Positions 1 to 11,266 of a stretch of 64,000 nucleotides of DNA are shown here, piece by piece (position 1 is the first letter of the stretch; each line of letters begins with the position of its first letter). Position numbers and translations under genes: made by a program. The notes below the pieces were generated by a model. The model did no database searches. It was not told the origin of the DNA and saw nothing but the letters and a program-made list of their open reading frames with translations. The DNA comes from Zygnema circumcarinatum SAG 698-1b (taxonomy: Eukaryota > Plantae > Zygnematophyceae): the NCBI GenBank assembly GCA_037447605.1, contig CM074817.1, positions 434,001 to 498,000 of the forward strand. The letters run 5' to 3'.

Positions 1-619
1 CGTCCCCCATGAACTCCTCAACTTCCAGCGAGATCAAGTAGGGACAGCTGATTGCTACTGCCGCGAGACCCGCAAAGGAGCAATGCGCAATTTTGATTTC
101 GGTGAGTTCGTTGCAGCTGAGGTCCACAGCCTTGCGCATGAAGCGGTCTCCCACAGAGAGAAACTTTGAGAGAGAAGCTTCTGCGAGAGGGTCCAGGTCC
201 CACACGCATTCCTTCAGGACTTCATCTAAAGGCTCCTCCGCCATCCCCTTCCCGCCATTGGGCTTGTTTGGGCCCAGCACTGCGGTTAGGACGCGCTGCC
301 GAGCCCACGCGCGGCCGTCCATGGCTTCCCAGCAGCGCGGGGCCACCACCGCGTGGTGCCACGTCAGACACGCCAGCCCCGCAGCGAGCCGGTCCTGCGG
401 CTGGAGCTGCACGAAGATATTCACGAGAAGGTCCTGCGAGAGAGAGGCCCAGTCGTGGTCTGCGCCATTCGGAGAGAGAGAAATGCGAGAAAGGCTTCTG
501 ACGACTGCGCTCTTCCTCCCTCCTCCAACTGCCTTGCGCCCTTCCCCCCCCGCATGAGCCGCCTTCGACATCACTGCAAGACGGCTCTCACAAACCTCGC
601 TACGTCTGAATGCAGCCAT
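1..619 (-). CDS. F-box protein, probably F-box/LRR-like; 5' part only, runs off the window edge
   Basis: Not in the ORF track because there is no stop in the window. Manual minus-strand translation from ATG 619 (or 571) is open to position 1: MSKAAHAGG...DHDWASLSQDLLVNIFVQLQPQDRLAAGLACLTWHHAVVAPRCWEAMD...LSCNELTEIKIAHCSFAGLAAVAISCPYLISLEV. DWxxLxxDLLxxIFxxL...C..W is an F-box motif. An in-frame upstream TAA lies at 686-688. Confidence 0.85.
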   Translation of the reverse strand, partial: MAAFRRSEVCESRLAVMSKAAHAGGEGRKAVGGGRKSAVVRSLSRISLSPNGADHDWASLSQDLLVNIFVQLQPQDRLAAGLACLTWHHAVVAPRCWEAMDGRAWARQRVLTAVLGPNKPNGGKGMAEEPLDEVLKECVWDLDPLAEASLSKFLSVGDRFMRKAVDLSCNELTEIKIAHCSFAGLAAVAISCPYLISLEVEEFMGD

Positions 620-2030
620 CTCCGAGGTCTGTCTCACTCCCCTCTCCGATTTCTCAATCCGCTCCTCCCTCTCTGACCTCTTCCCTTAAGTCCTCCCCTG
701 CAGGAACGGTCACGGCCATGGCCTGGCTATATATGCGCGAGCCGCCGCCCTCCCTCGCGGGGTGCGCGTCGCGCCACGTCACCATGCAGCCGTCCGGAGC
801 GGGCCGCCTGTACGGCCTCCAAACATTTTGGTGCTGCCCGCTGCCATGGGCAGCAGGCTGCAGCTGCCCGGGTTTGCAGCTGGCTGCCCGGGCGAGTGCG
901 GCCGCCGGTTGGAGCGCGCAGCGGGGCGCCACGTCGGCGGACGGGCGGGTGGGCGGGCGCGGGCCCCTCAAGGCGCGGCCCCGCGGGCGCTACGTCGCCG
1001 GGCGAGGGCGAGGGCGACCGCCGCCGCAGCCCCCGCCAGGCATGCCATGCCGGGCCATGCAGGCATGCGCGCCGCGTGCCCGCACGTGTGGACTCTACGC
1101 GTCGAGCTGCTCTCGAGATTCTTCTTTTCGAGTTTTTTTGTTTGTTAGTAAAGTAGGGGTGACGTGGAAGCCAATTGCTCAAACGTTTTGCCAGCCCGAA
1201 AAAGCGGTTTATTGTGCAGGAAATGCATGCAGCGAATCGCTGGCTGCCACGTGTAGAGTGTTGAAGATTTGGTGCCAACTTTGACGTTTTGCGGCACGGC
1301 TGGTGGTTTTCCCCCCACGCCCGCCCGCCTGCCTGCGCGGCAATCTGCGGTCCAAAAAATCAATGGACCGCGGTGAGGCCGCGACAGTCGCCGCGAGTTA
1401 GTTGGCCCCGCCAATGAGGAGCCACCGACCACGGGACTGTCGGCGCGGGGATATCTTTGACGTTTTCCACGCCGGGCGGGATCCATGCACTCATTTTCGC
1501 GACTGTTCCCGTCCAGTTCGTGGAACTGTGTGGGGGGTTGCGGGGCGGGTTTCTGACAAGCGCGCTGTTCATGTGACACGACGCGAAGCTGAAAATCGCG
1601 CTGCACTGCCGGCCAATCAATCTCGGCGGTCCGGCCACGTGGGCGCACTCACCTGCCACAGTGAGTACAGTACAGCAAGGCGCCATGTGCGCCAGCGACT
1701 GTACGGAAGGATGCGCTGGATACTAGTACGCACGCACTCCTTTGATGGCGAATCGGATCTTCTCGGAGCCTTCGAACGCAGAAGACCAATGGAGAACCGG
1801 CGTACCACATCATGGTCGTCTTCGAATCTTTGTTAGGATCTTAAGGAGATCTTATAACCTAATTGGCTTTCGATCTGCCTACCGCCAGCCTGGCCCGACG
1901 AATGCGAAGCCCTTGCATGGCTTGAGGCCAGACTCGGAGAGAGGGAGAGATCTGTTCTGGGTGATTCCAGGCAGTCCAGATACGGTAGACCTCGGAACTC
2001 GAACTAACCCTACGATGCGTACAAAATGAG

Positions 2031-2330
2031 CGATGTGGCATTGAACTCACGATGGCCAGGCCCATCAAATGTACACGGACAAAAGCAGCATGGGGAACCA
2101 CGAGAAACTGGTCGCAGAGGACCCCAGGGAACGCAAGAGAAAAGCTAGGAGAAAGGAGAGATGTGACATTGATAAAAAAGGAGGCGTTGATCAAAAGAAT
2201 GTGGTCACTATTGCCACAGGAGACGGGTCACAACACGCGGAGTCCACTGGGGCGAAAATCCGTGGTTCCTCACGCTGATTTTGTCCATGTCCATTTGATG
2301 GCCTCGCCATCGTGAGATCAATGCCACATC
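2031..2330. mobile_element. ~300 bp MITE-like unit with ~70 bp imperfect inverted ends (two copies of the hairpin-TCAAT repeat family)
   Basis: The reverse complement of 2032-2102 (CGTGGTTCCCCATGCTG...CATTTGATGGGCCTGGCCATCGTGAGTTCAATGCCACATC) aligns to 2261-2330 (CGTGGTTCCTCACGCTG...CATTTGATGGCCTCGCCATCGTGAGATCAATGCCACATC). No target-site duplication is visible. Confidence 0.7.
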
Positions 2331-2670
2331 CCGCTTGAAGACCCTCTGAATATTGATGCGATGATAATGATGATTACAATTTGCACAACGATCACTCGAC
2401 CGGCTTCACGTGTCACCCATACCGCCCCCCTTTTTTGGTTATCCCGCCACTGTTTTTTTGAAATCCGACCCTCCCATTTCGGCTATTCTGCCCCCCTCCC
2501 CCATTTTGGATATTTCGGGAGGAGATCGCCCCCCTTTTTTGAATATTTCTTTCCCGCCCCTCCCGTCCGCTCCCCTCCCCTCCCCTGCCCTCCCCCTCCC
2601 CTCCCCCTCCCCCTCCCCTTCCCNNNNNNNNNNCTTCCCTTCTTCCTCTCGGTTTGCAATCTCCACACAA

Positions 2671-2925
2671 ATGACTGAGTATAAGACTCGCGATGAGCTT
2701 GTACAAGTCTTGACTAAGCACTACAAGCAGGAAGGATTTCACATCAAGATCGGCAAGCATAACGATAGCCGCCGACTCTACCTACAATGCTATAGCGGGG
2801 GGACCTACGAGGACAGAGGTCTGGAAGAGAGTAGTAAGAAGAGGAATACTTCCAGCCGCTTGAAAAATTGCCATTTCGAGATTAGGGCGACGTTTTCCAA
2901 GAAGAAGGACATGTGGGTTGTAAAA
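2671..2925 (+). mobile_element. Mutator-like (MULE) transposase N-terminal FAR1/WRKY-GCM1-type domain fragment
   Basis: MTEYKTRDELVQVLTKHYKQEGFHIKIGKHNDSRRLYLQCYSGGTYEDR...KRNTSSRLKNCHFEIRATFSKKKDMWVVKSV fits the FAR1/MULE pattern (F/Y..GF.i.....C..gG......R...C.f.i......W.v). It then degrades into CT-rich low complexity and a gap; no DDE core is seen. Confidence 0.7.
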
Positions 2926-2939
2926 TCTGTCTGTTTTCC

Positions 2940-3660
2940 TCTAGTCTCTCTCTCCTTTGCTCTCACTCCTCTACTCACTCTCTCTCTCCTTTGCTCTCTC
3001 CTTTATACTCTCTCTCCTCGGCTCTCGCTCCTTTGCTCTCTCTCTCTCTTCTCTCTCCTTTGCTCTCTCCTCTATACTCTCTCTCCTCGGCTCTCGCTTT
3101 TTGCTCTCTCTCTCTCTCTTCTCTCTCTCTCCTCTGCTCTCTCTCCTCTAGTCTTTCTCTCCTCTACTCTCTCTCCTCTGCTCATTCTCTCTCTCTCCTT
3201 TGCTCTCTCTCTCTCTCCTTTGCTCTCTCCTCTATACTCTCTCTCNNNNNNNNNNNNNNNNNNNNNNNNNNNNNNNNNNNNNNNNNNNNNNNNNNNNNNN
3301 NNNNNNNNNNNNNNNNNNNNNNNNNNNNNNNNNNNNNNNNNNNNNCTAATTCCTTCCTCCTTCTTTTTCTTCCTTCTTCCTTCCACCATTCTCCCTTCAC
3401 CACACTCCATGTTTCTGTCTCCCCCTGTTTCTTCCTTCTCCCTTCCACCATTTTCCTTTTCACTACAATCTAATTCCTTCCTCCTTCTTTTTCTTCCTTC
3501 TTCCTTCCACCATTCTCCCCTTCATCACACTCCATGTTACTTCCCTTCCTTTTTTTCCTTCCCCCCTCCACCATTCTGCTCTTTCCACTCTCGATGTTTC
3601 TTCTTCATCCTTTTCTTCCTTCATTTTTCCACCATTCTCCCCTTCACTCCACTCCATGTT
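2940..3660 (+). repeat. Pyrimidine-rich low-complexity tract (CT/CCT/CTT units) spanning a 100-N gap
   Basis: Reiterated CTCTCTCCTTTGCTCTCTCC and TTCCTTCTTCC units are directly visible. Confidence 0.9.
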
Positions 3661-3804
3661 CCATCCTCAGCAGATCAGGAGGATCCTCGGAATGATCAGC
3701 AGCAACTCTTTTGTTAGACTGGCGAGTGTAAGAAAATGGATGTCGGGAGGACGTAAAGAACAGGGAAAGATGATATTACCGTGTTTCTGAATCGCTTCGT
3801 CATC

Positions 3805-5290
3805 GAAACGTCGTCGACGTCACCGTACCGGCACGAAACCGGCAACAGGCTGTGGAGCCCGATGTGGCCCTTTTTTGTACGATGTTCGTAATCGCGGGAT
3901 TGTGATTGTCGGTTGACAATGCCCGAAACGGCATGTTTGTACCGTGTTTGCATGTTTGTTCGTCTGCTTATAGCGTAAGCAACAGGCATATAACAAAGTT
4001 GATAACAGCATAACATAATAACATCGTATCGTGAGGGACTGGAAGCAGGGCTGGCCAGTGGCGCGACGCCGCGTGGCTCCTGCTAGCCCGTGGCGGTTCG
4101 CCACGTGGCCGGCGACGCGCGCGTGCGACACCGGCGACGTCGTTCATGCGACACGCGCATACGACGCGCAGATGCGACGCGCGGATGGCGCCCGGCTGAG
4201 TTCTCTGTGGTGTGTGCTTATAGCGTCCATATTGCATGGAGGACCGCCTTAGCGACCGTACAAGTCTTCGGGGGTTTGCGCGTACTGTAGCGCGCGCATG
4301 AAGATTGGGCAGAAATGTAGTTGTACGGAGCGGCGCGCTGGTGTACGGCCAGCGGAGCGCTGATTGGTCGCGGCGCGAGTGCGGAGCGTGGAGCGCGCGA
4401 CATGTGGCGCGACGGATGGAGATCAACGGTGGTGCACGAAGCGGCGGAACGAAGCGTCAGTGGAGTCGCTTCAGAATGTCGGCTACGAATCAAGTGGCGC
4501 CACGTGGACCACTCATGTAGCCGGAAAATGGCGAAGGGGACCTGACGGGCAGAGAATCTGTACGGCAGTCAATCTGTAGGTCGGTAGTCGAACGTCAACG
4601 TCGGAACGTCGTCGACGTCACCGTACCGGCAAGAAACGGCTCTACAGGGGGTCCTCGTCATATTTTCCACCTCGTTTCGGCAAATACCGGGCGAAAATAT
4701 TGTTTTTGGCAAATAGAAGGTCCATGTTACCAATAGGCGAGCGGAATTATGTTAGTGTTCATGTAGGTCCGTACGCATCGTATCGTATCATTTGTTGTCA
4801 TATCGTACCGCGTCGTACCGTATCGGCTACTAAAGCTCGTACGACTAGTACGGATAATACTGTATTGGGACATATCGTATCGCATCGCATCGTATCGAAG
4901 CCAAGAAGAAGGGGAGAAGAGCGAGCGCCTCTTACGGCGGCTCGTGCGGGGAGATTAGGTGAGTTTTGCGTAAGCCCGTAACGGCTAGTACAGCTAGTAC
5001 GGCCAGTACGGATAGTACGGGTTTTAGGGTTTTGAGGGTTTTAGGGTTTTAGGGTACGGATAGTACGAACAGTACGGCTAACAAGAAGTTACCGTACAAA
5101 AAGGTGGTTTCGGCAAAATCGGTGCGAATTTATTGGTGACGCACTGTTGAAGGTGGAAAATATGACGAGGACCCCCTGTATTCGGACAATCGTCTTTTGG
5201 ACGAGGATGTGGCCCTTTTTTGTACGGTTTTCGTAATCGGGGGATTGTGATTGTCGGTTGACAATGCCCGAAACGGCATGTTTGTACCGG
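3805..5290. repeat. Dispersed direct repeat pair (~140 bp): copy 1 at ~3805-3945; copy 2 at ~4605-5290, interrupted by a MITE
   Basis: CGTCGTCGACGTCACCGTACCGGCA occurs at ~3809 and ~4607. GATGTGGCCCTTTTTTGTACG...GATTGTGATTGTCGGTTGACAATGCCCGAAACGGCATGTTTGTACCG occurs at ~3862-3945 and ~5206-5289. A partial third copy (CGGTTGACAACGCCCGAAACGG) is at ~5356. Confidence 0.85.
4645..5178. mobile_element. Tc1/mariner-like MITE, 534 bp, perfect 28 bp TIRs, TA target duplication
   Basis: Left TIR 4645-4672 CAGGGGGTCCTCGTCATATTTTCCACCT is the exact reverse complement of 5151-5178. TA lies at 4643-4644 and 5179-5180. No coding capacity. TA TSD plus CAG termini is typical of Tc1/mariner. Confidence 0.85.
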
Positions 5291-5439
5291 GGTGGGTTGG
5301 TAAACCGTAACAGCTTGTTCTGTCAAACACGGGACACGCAAGATTTGGAATGGTTCGGTTGACAACGCCCGAAACGGTTACGGACCTGGTTGGTTGTACG
5401 TTTCGTTGGATCGAATGCGCAGAAAAAGGGGTATATCGC

Positions 5440-6428
5440 ATACCCATACAGCTTATGTGTTCGATCAGTTATCCTTTTTCAGCTTGCTTGTGTCATATCG
5501 CAGGGTCGTGTTCCCTCGTCCGTGAGTCATATTCTTACGTCAGCTCGTTTGGTTGCCCTTGCCAAGCCTGCAGGGGGAGTTCGCCCCATAGCCGTAGGGG
5601 AGGTTTTGTATCGCATGGTTGCTCGCGCTATGTGTTTTCAGTTACAGGGGGCCTTTCAGGATCATTTTTCCCCTTACCAGTTTGGTGTGGCGACCCCTGG
5701 GGGCTGCGAGGCCGTAGTTCATGGCATTCGTGCGACGTTGGATCTTCACCCTGATTGGGTTGTTTTGCAGGTTGATGTGACAAACGCTTTTAATACGGTG
5801 GATCGCCATGGAGATTTTTCGCTATGGAAGTTGGCTTAGAGGCCCTCGCGACCGACATTAAGTGCCCCCTTTTTTCCTTTTTAGAAGCATACATTTTATT
5901 CTCGTTTCTAGCCCGCCTTTTTCCTCTTTATATGCATCTTTTGGTGGGAGTAAGTGACCTTGGAGTTCACATCGACCCGCCAAGGCGACCCTTTAGGAGG
6001 TCCTTTGTTCGCTTTGGCGCACATTCGTGCGCTTCGAGCTTCGGCACAGGCTTTCCCAGGCTGCCTTTTTCCATCAGTGGCCGACGATACTTATATCATT
6101 GGCCCTGCTGACTAGGTCGTTGCCGCGTTTACTGATTTTACTACTCGATTGGCCGCTATGCGTTTGACGGTAAATTTGTCGAAGTGTTTTGCTTGGTCTC
6201 CGGTTGGTATCCCTTCTACCCTTTCGCTCCCTTGTGGTATCCAGACTTGTGCTGATGGAATTGGTATTCGTGTTTTAGGCTGCCCTTTCGGCGTTGCATC
6301 TTATGTTGATCGTTTTGTTGATGATGCTTTGGTTGAGGATACGTCTCAGGTCGATGAGCTTCCACATCTTTCAGATCCTCAGGTGGCTTTTTCTTTGCTT
6401 ACTCGTTGTTTTGCTTTGCGTCCGTCAT
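5440..6428 (+). mobile_element. Degenerate non-LTR retrotransposon reverse transcriptase, CRE-clade-like (pseudogenised)
   Basis: Motifs ARLVALAKPAGGVRPIAVGEVLYR, QFGVATPGGCEAVVH and LQVDVTNAFNTVDR lie in ORF 5390-5839. After a frameshift comes RQGDPLGGPLFALAH...SVADDTYIIGP* (~5980-6115), then VNLSKC...IRVLGCPFG (ORF 6149-6466). Frameshifts, an in-frame stop and an N gap at 6429 interrupt it. Confidence 0.85.
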
Positions 6429-6500
6429 NNNNNNNNNNCATCGGTGACCTTCGCGGCTGCTTCTAGGGCTGCGTTGTTGTGCCTAGGCGTAGTTTTCCGC

Positions 6501-6799
6501 TCCTAGCTTCGTTTTATTGTGTTTCGGTCCTTTGTGACCAGTCCTTCGTGGTTCCACATTTTGCCTTTATCCATGTAAATTTGATGGCCTCGCCATCGCG
6601 AGTTCAATGAAAGTTTGCGTTATCGTTTCAGTCCACTTCATATAATTAAGGTTCGAAGACATTTCTATAAAAAGGCAACGCACGAGGATCTTGATCCGCA
6701 GCCTGTTATTTCTCCTTGGGTCCTTTGCGTCCAGTTCCTCGTGGTTTCCCATACTGATTTTGATGGCCTCATCGCCATCGTGAGACCAATGCCACATCG
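6501..6799 (+). repeat. Two tandem copies of the hairpin-TCAAT repeat family (6501-6609 and ~6710-6799)
   Basis: Both contain GGTCCTTTG...CCAG...CGTGGTT...TTGATGGCCTC(ATC)GCCATCG(C/T)GAG..CAATG, matching the copies at 2031-2330. Confidence 0.85.
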
Positions 6800-6858
6800 T
6801 CCATTCTTTAAAAATAAAATAAAAGCTCGTTCGTCGTACGGTTTAGGAAAGAATGATG

Positions 6859-6888
6859 TTTAGGAAGGTTTAGGGTTTAGGTTTAGGG
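6859..6888 (+). repeat. Short degenerate TTTAGG(G) telomere-like / telo-box cluster
   Basis: TTTAGGAAGGTTTAGGGTTTAGGTTTAGGG is directly visible. Confidence 0.6.
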
Positions 6889-7816
6889 AGGGATCCGACA
6901 CCGACGTTCAAAGCAGTGACGGCCACAACGGAATCGGTGACAGTAAAGTGGTGCCACGTGACATTTTGACTGCCACGGTGGAATTCCTCAGCCTCTTGGA
7001 GTCCACCACGTGGCACGATCCGAGCTCAGTTCCCGGGAGGGAGGGAAGGAGGGTGGGAGGCCGCCTGGTAGGGTTGGGTTGGGCTCGCGGGTGCAGGTAG
7101 CCATGGCGCTCTGCCGCCCTCCTCCTAAGGATTGCAAGGGCGGAGGCGGCTCAAATTGAGTGGTGGAAAGGTAGGAGAACGTGGATCAACGTTTTTCCCT
7201 GACCTCGTTGAGGATGTGTTTTGAGCACCTCCATCCCTGCCTCCCTCCACCCTTCACCCGCCCCTTTTCCGTCTCATGCTTGACAGTTGTCACGAGATAG
7301 CCTGTTGCTTCATGCTGCATTGCGTGTCATGCTCACTGGAAAATACCAGGACGTACCTCAAGTCATCAATGTCTTCGCAAATTTAAACTGAATAGCATGT
7401 GTGATGAACGCCACCGCCTTTAATCCTTGTTGAACTCGAGAACCTTCACAAATACCTCAAGTACTTGTACACAGCTTCCCACGAAGCAGGTAATGAGCAC
7501 CATGCGATATGGTTTAGTGGAGTTTTTTTGTGAGAGCTACTCCTGATGCCAGTCATAGCGGTCCATACTCGCAATTTTTCGCGCTAAGAAAGCAGAGTCC
7601 TTTGCTCTTCGCCTTCACGTGCCTGACGACCATAACTTATATTCAGTCACACAGATCGAGCAGTCTGAGAGAATTTCTGTTGAATTACATCTCTTCCATC
7701 CAAAGCAAAGAGTGTCTCTCTTTATTTTCAATCCAATTACTTATCTTCGTAGCGCCTCCGACCTTGCAGACAGCGCAGACGAAGCGTAAGGCGTTGGAGG
7801 TAACGTGACCAGGGTC

Positions 7817-10800
7817 ATGAAACGCCCTCGAGAAGAGGCCTTCTGGGGAGACGAGAAGGCGGAAGACGTTAAACCGTCCCTGAACGCACATGGATCTGTG
7901 AGAGGGCAACACGCAAGCAATGGCGGGCGGAGCAGTCGGCAGGCATGCTTTCCTTTTACTATTTTGAACAGACTGAGGTGGTTTAGTGGCAACAGAGAAG
8001 GCAAAAAGAGCAATTGGTAGACGTGAGAAGCGGAGGTTTCTAGGTGGAAGGAGGTGGATGAAAAGGAGGGGCAGAAGACAGACGAGGAGGGGGGAAAGTG
8101 GGTACAGGACGAGTGGGTGGGGAGACGGGGGGGAAGAGAGATAGAGAGTGGGAGGGGAGGGCGGGGGATGGAGAGAGGAGACGTGAAAAGGGAGAGGGGA
8201 GAGGGACGACGAGAGGGGAGAGGGTGAGAGGGAGTCCCTAATAAAGAGCGGGGAGGTGGAACAGGATGGTGACGGAATGGGAAAGAGAGCAAATGGAGGG
8301 GTCCTTTCCAGTCAAGAGCGGGATCCTGTCCTTTTGGACGAGGCACGCCAGATGGTCGACGAACGGATAGCAGACGTAGCGCGTCTCGAAGCTCAGGTAT
8401 GGATGTATACACTGCCTTTCGCTTGGATTTGGCTGATTAAAGCAAGAACGAAGTCAAGAGCAGTTGAAAGTGAAAGTACCGGCGTCTGGCATCCTCCTTG
8501 TGGCTTCTATGAATTGTCGTTCGAAGAATGACAGGAACTGGGAACCAAGGTGCACATGTTCCCTAAATTGAAATGCCGAGAACTTCACGTAAGTTAGTTG
8601 ATGCTTGTCATTGTGTGTCATTGTTTGTGGAAGTGAGCAGCTTGTGGCGGCGAGAGAAAAGCTTGCCAAGTCGGAGAGGCTTCTTCAAAAATTAGATCCA
8701 ACTGCGAAGCTTCATGCCTGCAGTGCGTCGGGAAGCGACAAGCAGTCATTCTTTGTTTCTAACGGGACCACCTCAGTTTCGAAAGCTCGTCCTAGAGGAG
8801 GTTGTGAAGGGGCAGCCGTCGATGGCAGAAAGGTGAAAGTAGAAGGCGGGGGAGGAGACGAGGGCAGAGGAGGTGTGAAGGGCCATTCTCAAGAAGCAAA
8901 AGCACTTCCGAAGAAGGCCAGTCATGGGCTTCAACCGCCTCCTTGTGAGTGAGCTCTCTCTCTCTCTCTCTCTTAAAAAGAAAGGCAGGTTCGATGGATG
9001 TCATTGGTTTCAGGCAAAGTGCGTTCAGACTTTAAGCACCTATGGACGTAGTGAGAACTCACAGAGTACGTTTTTCCACTGCGCACGCACAGCAACAAAG
9101 CATCCTTCACCTGATTATGTTGACATTATTCCGCTTATTCGGAGCAAGAACGAGCCTAGCGCACCTCGCCTCTCTCAAGCGGTGCATCTCAGTAGCCAGC
9201 ACAAGCGCAAGCTTCGAACTGTTGTGTTCAACCCTGGATGCCCCACTCAATGCATCACCAGGCAAGCCCTCTCATACCGTTTAACCTTCGCTAAGGTGCA
9301 GCGGAATTTTCCTTCTTGCAGCAGCTTTCTCGTGATTTCGCTGGGTCTGAAGCTCAGATGTTAAATCACTTTGCACCTACATTGGGAAAGCATCCCTGAT
9401 TACTTTCCAGCTAGAATCATGCTAGCGAGGACGACTTGAAATAGGCTTCCTACTTTCTTAATTTTTGTGGGTGTATCCCGATGTTTGGTGATTGCAGTGC
9501 ACTAGATGGCTACGTGAAATTTTGGAGCATCCAACAAAGAGGGTAAGCCATTTTGTTCTGTTCGAGGATGCACATGACGAACTTTTGTTGTCAGTAGTCG
9601 CATCTGAACACTGAAGGCGCCTCTATTTTTGCACACTTAGTCGTCGTAATGCATATTGAACGTCGTTTGAATATACGTTCGTTCCTTCCTGGGGTAGACA
9701 CTCGCCGACCATCGTCGCTTCTGACTGGCTGATCCAGACTCTTTGTAGTACAAATGTTTCTTTGGGCATTCTTTCAGCTAGACGACCATGTTGTGAATGT
9801 TGGCTGATGAAAGAAAGCTCTTAACGTCTTATAAACTCAATGCACACAAACTATTTAACGTCTTATAGACTCAATGCACACAAACTAGCCCTCATGTTGC
9901 AAGTGAAGCCGTCTGCTTGGCAGTAGTCTCCCTCTCACATTGTGACACCTGCGCTGGGTGGCCTCAGAAGAGACTTGGAACTGCGATTTTCCACGGACTG
10001 TTCGACAAAGGAAAAGAGGTGGCCGGAGAGTTTGGCGTGGCATGCTTCAGGAGAGCAGCTTGTGGCTACTTTCGCCACGGATGGGGAAGACGCACAGGTG
10101 GCTTTATTGGAGAACAAAAATAAGGTGATGAGAGGGACCGTCTTCTCTGAACGAAGAAGGCTAGGAGTTCATCGGTTCCTTTTTGTCTACTTTTTATCTA
10201 CTTGTGCATCCATACTGTCGTTGCTTTCCTTATGGACGGTTGGATGCCTGTAACAGGGGCTCTCCTCTGGTTTGTTGTGATTGAGAGCAGCCCCCACTCT
10301 TTTTGAAAGACCGTCCGCACGATAAAGGAGTTATCAACTCCGTTGAGTACATGCCGTGGGATGAGTCCGTTCAGTTCGCCACAGCTGGTAGCGACCACCT
10401 TGTGGCTCTTTGGACTCATAGAGAGGACGGCTTAATTGAGGTCAGTGGCAAGCCCGAGCAGTCACGAAAAGGAAGCCATGTGCACTGTGTGATTTCTTCC
10501 CTTTTTCCCAGACAACTTATGTATTATAATAACTGTATTCACGATAAAGTATGATCGTTTTTGGCTGCGCAGGTGAAAAAGCTTCATAAAAATGTGCATA
10601 CTGCTGCAGTGTCGGGTGCTGCGGGTCTGCTTCCCCGCAGGATAATTGTGTCCTGCGGAATGGACAAGCGGGTGGTTGGATGGGACCTCCGAACGGAACG
10701 GGCAGCATTCGTGCACATGCTGGACTGCAAAGCTAGTGCAATACTTCCCAATCCGGTGGACCATAACCTCCTCTTGGTGCAGACTGGGTAACGTTTCTCG

Positions 10801-11266
10801 TCATTCTTTACAATTCCTTGCTTGCTTTTGTTCTACAAGTCTCAATCATCGGGTGGGAGACAGGAGGGAAGAGCATTCCTTTACAGGACAAAGACCAGTT
10901 GAGTGGTTATGGGTTTGACGGCTGCGCTTGCCATTCTTAACCCTCAGGACTCCCGGACAACAGCTGCGACTGTTCGACATTCGAGCTCCAAAAGTTCAAA
11001 TGCATGCATTCGGATGGGAGCAGAAAAGCTCTGACTCGCAGTCGGCTCTCATCACTCCGTCGTGGTCGCCCGACGGTCTCTTTGTGACGGCCGGGTCTGC
11101 GGACCCAGTCATCAACGTGTTTGACATTCGGTACAACAGCAGGCAGCCGGCGTCCACCGTTGGGGGGCACTCAAAGAGGGTGTTCAAGGCGCTGTGGCAC
11201 TCCACATACCCACTTATCATCTCCATCTCGTCAGATTTGAACATTGGGCTTCACAGAGTTGGATGA
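7817..11266 (+). CDS. WD40-repeat (transducin family) protein with N-terminal coiled coil; multi-exon
   Basis: Exon translations include DPVLLDEARQMVDERIADVARLEAQ, LVAAREKLAKSERLL, HKRKLRTVVFNP, SALDGYVKFW, RWPESLAWHASG, HDKGVINSVEYMPW...ATAGSDHLVALW, HTAAVSG...SCGMDKRVVGWD and LRLFDIR...SWSPDGLFVTAGSADPVINVFDIRY...HSKRVFKALWH...SISSDLNIGLH (stop 11266). The start is uncertain: ATG 7817 (MKRPREE, exon ending at the donor near 8016, phase-compatible with the next exon) or ATG 8277. Confidence 0.9.

Noticed and set aside
610-1836. Many long overlapping ORFs on both strands upstream of the F-box gene (also at 19600-20100, 33400-34500, 43300-44400, 50200-51400)
   Set aside because: These are GC-rich promoter/UTR regions with few stop codons. 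The translations are Arg/Pro/Gly/Ala-rich and lack recognisable motifs.
2052-2315. Recurrent peptide SMGNHE in ORFs at 2069, 6567-6797 and 55051-55557
   Set aside because: This is incidental translation of the non-coding repeat family; frames and lengths are not conserved.
2410-3717. 435 aa ORF in the track
   Set aside because: It spans two N gaps and CT low complexity; only the 2671-2925 MULE-like part looks coding.
9821-9887. 34 bp tandem duplication in a WD40 intron (also a ~22 bp duplication at ~15447-15483)
   Set aside because: Only two units with no spacers. This is ordinary slippage, not a CRISPR-like array.
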